In this document: positions 58,844-64,000 of the stretch, in pieces
Numbering within the stretch: position 1 is the first letter of the stretch
Layout of the letters: the number at the start of each line of letters is the position of its first letter
From: an uncultured delta proteobacterium
GTDB lineage: Bacteria > Desulfobacterota > Desulfomonilia > UBA1062
Direction: 5' to 3'
Assembly (NCBI GenBank): GCA_963798485.1
Contig: CAWCTR010000007.1
Location: forward strand, 352,001 to 416,000
DNA length: 64,000 nt
Program-made: the position numbers and the translations under genes
Notes under the pieces: model-generated
What the model was told of the DNA's origin: nothing
What the model saw: only the letters and a program-made list of their open reading frames with translations
The model's database searches: none

Positions 58844-61480
58844 ATGCTCGATAAAGACTACGACCCGAAGGATATTGAACAGAGATGGTACGATACCTGG
58901 CTTGAGAAGAAGTATTTCCATGCCCGTGAAGATGATGAGACAAGACCCTGCTATGCAATCGTAATCCCTCCCCCCAATGTCACCGGCGTGCTCCACATGG
59001 GGCATGCATTGAATAACACCCTTCAGGATATCATGATCCGTTATAAAAGGATGGATGGATATAATTCCTTATGGATGCCCGGCACCGACCATGCGGGTAT
59101 AGCCACACAGAACGTAGTGGAAAAGTATCTTGCCGAAAAGGCCACCTCCCGGCATGAACTGGGAAGGGACGCCTTCATAAAAGAGGTATGGAAATGGCGA
59201 GAGAAGCATGGAGGGCTTATCATCAGTCAGCTCAAAAGGCTCGGCGCCTCCTGTGACTGGGACCGCATCAGGTTCACCATGGACGAGGGGCTCTCCAATG
59301 CGGTCAGGAAGGTCTTTGTAACACTGTATCAGGAAGGCCTGATCTATAGGGGCGACTACATCGTAAACTGGTGTCCGAGGTGCCACAGCGCCCTGTCCGA
59401 CCTGGAGGTGGAGCACGAGGAAGAAGACGGCCATCTCTGGCATATAAGGTATCCACTCGCCGATGGATCTGGTGAGGTTGTAGTGGCTACCACCAGGCCC
59501 GAGACCATGCTCGGCGATACTGCCGTGGCCGTCAACCCCGATGATGAGCGGTATGCTTCCATGATCGGCAAGGACCTTATCCTGCCTGTCATGAACCGCC
59601 GTATCCCTATTATTGCCGATGCCCTGGTGGATAAGGAATTCGGCACCGGCGCCGTCAAGGTCACCCCCGCCCATGATCTCAACGACTACGAGATGAGCCT
59701 GCGGCATGGTCTGGAAGTTATCGTCATCATAGATGAATCGGGATTCATGAATGCCAATGCCGGGAAGTATAACGGGCTTGAGAGGTTTGAATGCAGGAAA
59801 CAACTCGAGAATGACCTGGCGGACCTTGGCTTCCTCGTGGACAAGACCGCCTACCGGGTTCCGGTCGGCAAGTGCTACCGGTGCAAGACCACCATCGAGC
59901 CGTATCTCTCCAAGCAGTGGTTCGTCAAGACCAGGCCATTGGCGGATGAGGCCATCAAGGCAGTCCAAGACGGCCGGACGCGGATCATCCCCAAGCAGTG
60001 GGAGAAGGTCTATTACGAGTGGATGAACAACATCCGTGACTGGTGTATCTCGCGGCAGATCTGGTGGGGGCACCGGATCCCTGCATGGTATTGCGATGCA
60101 TGCGAAGAGGTCATGGTAAGCGAGATAGAACCCAAGCAGTGCCCCAAATGTAAATCCGCCTCACTCAGACAGGAGACCGATGTGCTCGATACCTGGTTCT
60201 CCTCGGGGTTGTGGCCCTTTTCCACCATGGGCTGGCCGGAGCAGGGCGCCACATTGAAGAAGTTTTACCCCACCGATGTCCTTATCACCGGGTTTGATAT
60301 CCTCTTCTTCTGGGTGGCCAGGATGATGATGCTGGGCCTGAAGTTCATGGATGATGTGCCTTTCAGGGATGTCTACCTCCATGCCCTGGTGCGTGACGAG
60401 CAGGGCCAGAAGATGAGCAAGTCCAAGGGCAACATCGTTGACCCCATCATAGAGATGGACAAGTATGGGGCGGATGCCTTCCGCTTTGCACTCACCGCCT
60501 TCGCCGCCATGGGGCGGGATGTGCGCGTCAGCGACAAGCGCATCCAGGGGTACCGCTTTTTCATCAACAAGATCTGGAACGCAGGCAGGTTCGTCCTGGC
60601 CAATATCAAAGGGTTCGAGCCGGAAGCAGTTACCCTTGATCTGGCGAAACTCGGGTTGGCGGAAAAATGGATACTGACCGAGCTGAATAGGACCATCCGG
60701 GATGCAAGGCGCGCCCTTGATGAATACCGCTACAACGACACGGCGGACATCCTCTATCAGTTCACCTGGCATACCTACTGTGATTGGTACATCGAGCTGT
60801 CCAAGTCCAGGCTGAACACCGAAGATGCGCAGTACACCAGGTGGGTGCTGCATTATGTATTGAAGTCCATCCTCGAACTCCTGCACCCCATCATCCCCTT
60901 TGTGACCGAGGAGATCTGGCAGTGTCTGCCGGCCAGGGTCGGGGAGTCCATAGTGATCGCCTCCTATCCAAAGGAGAGACCGGAGTTGGACTTTACCGAC
61001 GATGCCGAACTCATGGGCTATATCATCGAGGTTATCTCCGGTGTACGCAGCATCAGGGGTGAGACAGGCATATCCCCTGCCGTGGTGCTTGATGTGGCCA
61101 TCAGGGTGCCTGACGCAAAGCTGCAATCCTTGCTGGCTGCCAACAGCATCCATATCAAAGACCTTGCAAGGGTGGGTAAGGTGAAGTTCATCGCCCATGA
61201 ATCCGAGCGCCCGAAGAAGTGCGCCCTTGCCGTGAGGAAGGGCCTCGAGGTCTATGTGCCCCTTGAAGGTATAATCGACATCGACAAAGAGACTGACCGC
61301 CTGAACAAGCAGATGGGCAAGGTGAACAAGGAACTCGCAGAGAAACTCAAGAAGCTGTCAAACCCCAACTTTGTGGAAAAGGCGAAGAAGGAAGTGGTGG
61401 AAGAGCAACTCAAGATAAAGGAAGACCTTGAATTCGAACTCATAAGCCTCCAGAAGGCCTATTCGCTGCTTCAAGGGTGA
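58844..61480 (+). CDS. valS: Valine--tRNA ligase
   Basis: PPPNVTGVLHMGH, DWCISRQIWWGH, KMSKS and C-terminal coiled coil. Confidence 0.98.
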   Translation: MLDKDYDPKDIEQRWYDTWLEKKYFHAREDDETRPCYAIVIPPPNVTGVLHMGHALNNTLQDIMIRYKRMDGYNSLWMPGTDHAGIATQNVVEKYLAEKATSRHELGRDAFIKEVWKWREKHGGLIISQLKRLGASCDWDRIRFTMDEGLSNAVRKVFVTLYQEGLIYRGDYIVNWCPRCHSALSDLEVEHEEEDGHLWHIRYPLADGSGEVVVATTRPETMLGDTAVAVNPDDERYASMIGKDLILPVMNRRIPIIADALVDKEFGTGAVKVTPAHDLNDYEMSLRHGLEVIVIIDESGFMNANAGKYNGLERFECRKQLENDLADLGFLVDKTAYRVPVGKCYRCKTTIEPYLSKQWFVKTRPLADEAIKAVQDGRTRIIPKQWEKVYYEWMNNIRDWCISRQIWWGHRIPAWYCDACEEVMVSEIEPKQCPKCKSASLRQETDVLDTWFSSGLWPFSTMGWPEQGATLKKFYPTDVLITGFDILFFWVARMMMLGLKFMDDVPFRDVYLHALVRDEQGQKMSKSKGNIVDPIIEMDKYGADAFRFALTAFAAMGRDVRVSDKRIQGYRFFINKIWNAGRFVLANIKGFEPEAVTLDLAKLGLAEKWILTELNRTIRDARRALDEYRYNDTADILYQFTWHTYCDWYIELSKSRLNTEDAQYTRWVLHYVLKSILELLHPIIPFVTEEIWQCLPARVGESIVIASYPKERPELDFTDDAELMGYIIEVISGVRSIRGETGISPAVVLDVAIRVPDAKLQSLLAANSIHIKDLARVGKVKFIAHESERPKKCALAVRKGLEVYVPLEGIIDIDKETDRLNKQMGKVNKELAEKLKKLSNPNFVEKAKKEVVEEQLKIKEDLEFELISLQKAYSLLQG

Positions 61481-62199
61481 TGGCGCCACCGAAGCCAAAG
61501 GGAGTTATCACGGAGTTCATAGAGCTTAACCAGGTGGACTCCACCAATCAATATGCCCTGGACAAAAGCAGGCCGGGCCTTCTTGTCACTGCCCGCGCAC
61601 AGAATGCAGGCAGGGGAAGGCGGGGCAGGCCGTGGTTCTCGCCTGCTGGTGAGAATGTATATATGACACTCACCCTGGCGCCGCCTGAAGAACGCTACCC
61701 CATCATTGCAGGCGTTGCCGTCCGCTCCGCCATTGCCGGTCTTCTTCCGGATGAGACTGTGGCCGTTAAATGGCCCAATGACATTATCATATCAGGCAAG
61801 AAGGTGTGCGGGATCCTCTGTGAGACCAGGGGGCCTATCACCGCTATCGGCATCGGCATCAATGTGAACCAGCAGGCATGGCCCAAGGAGCTTGAGCACA
61901 GGGCTTGTTCATTGAAGCAGCACTCTGGCCATGGATTCAGCATCAATACGGTGATTGAATCGGTCTTAGAACATCTCTGCACCTGGATTGATGTGTTCCG
62001 CAGCCAGGGCTTCGGGCCGGTCAGGGAGGAGTTCCTCCGCCATGGTTTGTTGGAAAGATATGAGGTCTTTAATGAAAGGGGTCAAAGATGCACCATCGTC
62101 GACCTCACCATGGAGGGCCACCTCATTATCAGGGAAGGTGACACGGAAACAGAGCTTATTCATGAGCCTGTGTCCCTGGGATGGGATAATGAGCTGTAA
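61477..62199 (+). CDS. birA: Biotin protein ligase (no N-terminal HTH)
   Basis: DSTN, QNAGRGRRGRPW, KWPND, KVCGIL and GIGIN motifs. Confidence 0.93.
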   Translation: MMAPPKPKGVITEFIELNQVDSTNQYALDKSRPGLLVTARAQNAGRGRRGRPWFSPAGENVYMTLTLAPPEERYPIIAGVAVRSAIAGLLPDETVAVKWPNDIIISGKKVCGILCETRGPITAIGIGINVNQQAWPKELEHRACSLKQHSGHGFSINTVIESVLEHLCTWIDVFRSQGFGPVREEFLRHGLLERYEVFNERGQRCTIVDLTMEGHLIIREGDTETELIHEPVSLGWDNEL

Positions 62200-62585
62200 G
62201 GTACGAACATTTTTAACCCGTTTTTTAAAAGCAACTCCCCATCGATGTACCGGTGGATTATGCCGGAAATGAGTGTTTGATATGGGATACCCATTTCCAT
62301 CGCTTTCTTCTGGATACCCTGTTAATCATGTTCAGTAGGTTTATCATTGACGGATTATCATGATAAATCATATTCATTGCTAAATCCTTGACATACCAAA
62401 GCATGCTGGAGGTTATTCTTTCTGAAAATACATGAGGCTGCTCCGGAGTTCATCCGATATTATTTAAAGACAAGGAAGAAGTTACTTCCTGTAAAATCTC
62501 CCCGGCAAGGGCATGTGATGAGTCGTCTATGTCTGACGCCTGTAACTTTAGCTGATTCAGCTGGAGAAGGCGGGGACTAAATTTC

Positions 62586-63956
62586 ATGAAGTGGCACTGG
62601 ATAGTGCTCTTGCTCATTATAGCACTCCCGTATTTCCACCTCAATGGGTCACACTTGGTGGATCTGACCGTTGGGTCGCCACCCGCAGGGGTGGCTCTGG
62701 AATACCATCATATCAGGCTTCTCCTCGAACCCCTTGCCGGAGTTGCTGAGTATTTCTTCTCCCTCAAAGATCCCAGGGGGCAGGTGAAAGCCTGGTTTTT
62801 CTGGACAGCAGTCATACCAGGACTCATAGTTTTATGGAGGAGCAGGAGATTGCCAAGGGTACTTGGCGCGATACTGATCTCATGGCTTGCATTAATCACC
62901 CTCTTCGCCCTTCTCGTAGTCCTGCCCTTGCCTACATTGTACCTCAAAGCTCCTGCGGATTGGCTCCGGGTTGACTTCCATTCACACACCTGGCATTCTT
63001 GGGACGGCATTGCTTCCCCGAAACAAAACCTGCTTTATCACAAGAGGTTGGGTTATGATTGTTTCTTCATCACTGAACATGAGGTTACTGAAAGTTATTC
63101 TGATTTTTCTGAGGAAGTGCGGCTTCATAGTGCATTTCCCGGTGTCGAGACGGTGAGCGCAGATGGCGTTCGTTTCTTAATTCTTGCTGATCGAAAGTTT
63201 TCAATGTCTGATTTCGATCAAAAGAATGCCAAAGAAATTATCAATAAAGCACATGAAAAGGGGTTCCTTGTTGTTCATGCGCATGCTTTTACGGGGCAGG
63301 ATTGGAATTATCTTGCCAACCTAGGAGTCGATGGCTTTGAGATATACGATTCAGCTGACCGTGGAATCACTCACGAAAAACGGGGGAAGCTCATACGCCT
63401 TTGTAAAGAACGAAACCTGTTTATGGTCAGCGCCTCGGACTACCATGGATGGTCTACCTTGTCGGATGTCTGGACCCTTGTCAAAATACCGGCGAATGTG
63501 AAGCCTACCGCCAAGATGCTGCTCGACCTTTTACGCAAGCGAACCGAAATCCGTGTGGTGGTCAACCAGCCGACCGGGGAGTATTTCGGCGCCGGATCTT
63601 TTTTTGAACCTTTTACAGGAACAATCCACTACTTCGGAAGCCTGAGCCACATAAAATCATTAAGCTGGGCAGGATGGATTTTAACTTTAATGTTCTTACA
63701 CAAGATTCTGGGAAAGAGAAGGCTTTTGCAATCCATCGCGATCTCCTTGTGCTTTTGTTTCCTCTCCTATTCTTTATTCATGGCTTATTGCTGGTACTTT
63801 ATCCACCCCGGCAGTGAGATCCTCGGATACCCCCGTGCTATGGCTCTAGCAATCCTTGCCTGTATGTGGTTTGTAGTGTCGCTATTTCTGCATACTCCGG
63901 CAAAAACATCGATTTTCCAGAGGTTTTCATCCCGGAAAAGACAAACAACCGTTTAA
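62586..63956 (+). CDS. Membrane-anchored PHP-domain metallohydrolase
   Basis: DFHSHTWHSWDG, ITEH, HAH and SASDYHG motifs, flanked by TM segments. Confidence 0.8.
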   Translation: MKWHWIVLLLIIALPYFHLNGSHLVDLTVGSPPAGVALEYHHIRLLLEPLAGVAEYFFSLKDPRGQVKAWFFWTAVIPGLIVLWRSRRLPRVLGAILISWLALITLFALLVVLPLPTLYLKAPADWLRVDFHSHTWHSWDGIASPKQNLLYHKRLGYDCFFITEHEVTESYSDFSEEVRLHSAFPGVETVSADGVRFLILADRKFSMSDFDQKNAKEIINKAHEKGFLVVHAHAFTGQDWNYLANLGVDGFEIYDSADRGITHEKRGKLIRLCKERNLFMVSASDYHGWSTLSDVWTLVKIPANVKPTAKMLLDLLRKRTEIRVVVNQPTGEYFGAGSFFEPFTGTIHYFGSLSHIKSLSWAGWILTLMFLHKILGKRRLLQSIAISLCFCFLSYSLFMAYCWYFIHPGSEILGYPRAMALAILACMWFVVSLFLHTPAKTSIFQRFSSRKRQTTV

Positions 63957-64000
63957 ACTGTTTGATGAATAAAGTTAGAACATCCATTACTCGGGTCTTA

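Noticed and set aside
59069-61198. Long antisense ORFs (334 and 345 aa) and similar ones opposite flhA, pfkA and the dehydratase
   Set aside because: Shadow frames of well-supported genes, with no motifs of their own.

Overview
Chromosomal window from a flagellated Gram-negative bacterium; the gene set suggests Desulfobacterota/Deltaproteobacteria (inference). Left part: flhB-flhA-flhF, a divergent ~17 kb Wzx/Wzy polysaccharide locus, then tadA, two tRNA-Ser, SRP RNA, dnaX, an S58 peptidase and an elongator tRNA-Met. Two related ~9-10 kb integrative elements sit in tandem in the tRNA-Met 3' end (23-bp att core at 24565, 33819 and 44209). Each has a tyrosine integrase, a homologous winged-helix protein, an HTH regulator, a second recombinase and mostly exported cargo. 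I recognise no capsid, terminase, relaxase or intact primase. The elements are rich in shared non-coding modules. The most striking is a five-unit array (35270-35830) in which each ~120-bp unit has an IHF-like box plus helically phased iteron-like repeats with fixed spacing but a different core sequence. Right part: PEP-CTERM system genes, GH57, rsmE, map, hisG, hisI, lpdA, pfkA, a PopZ-like gene, valS, birA and a PHP-domain protein. All calls come from reading the sequence; no searches were run.
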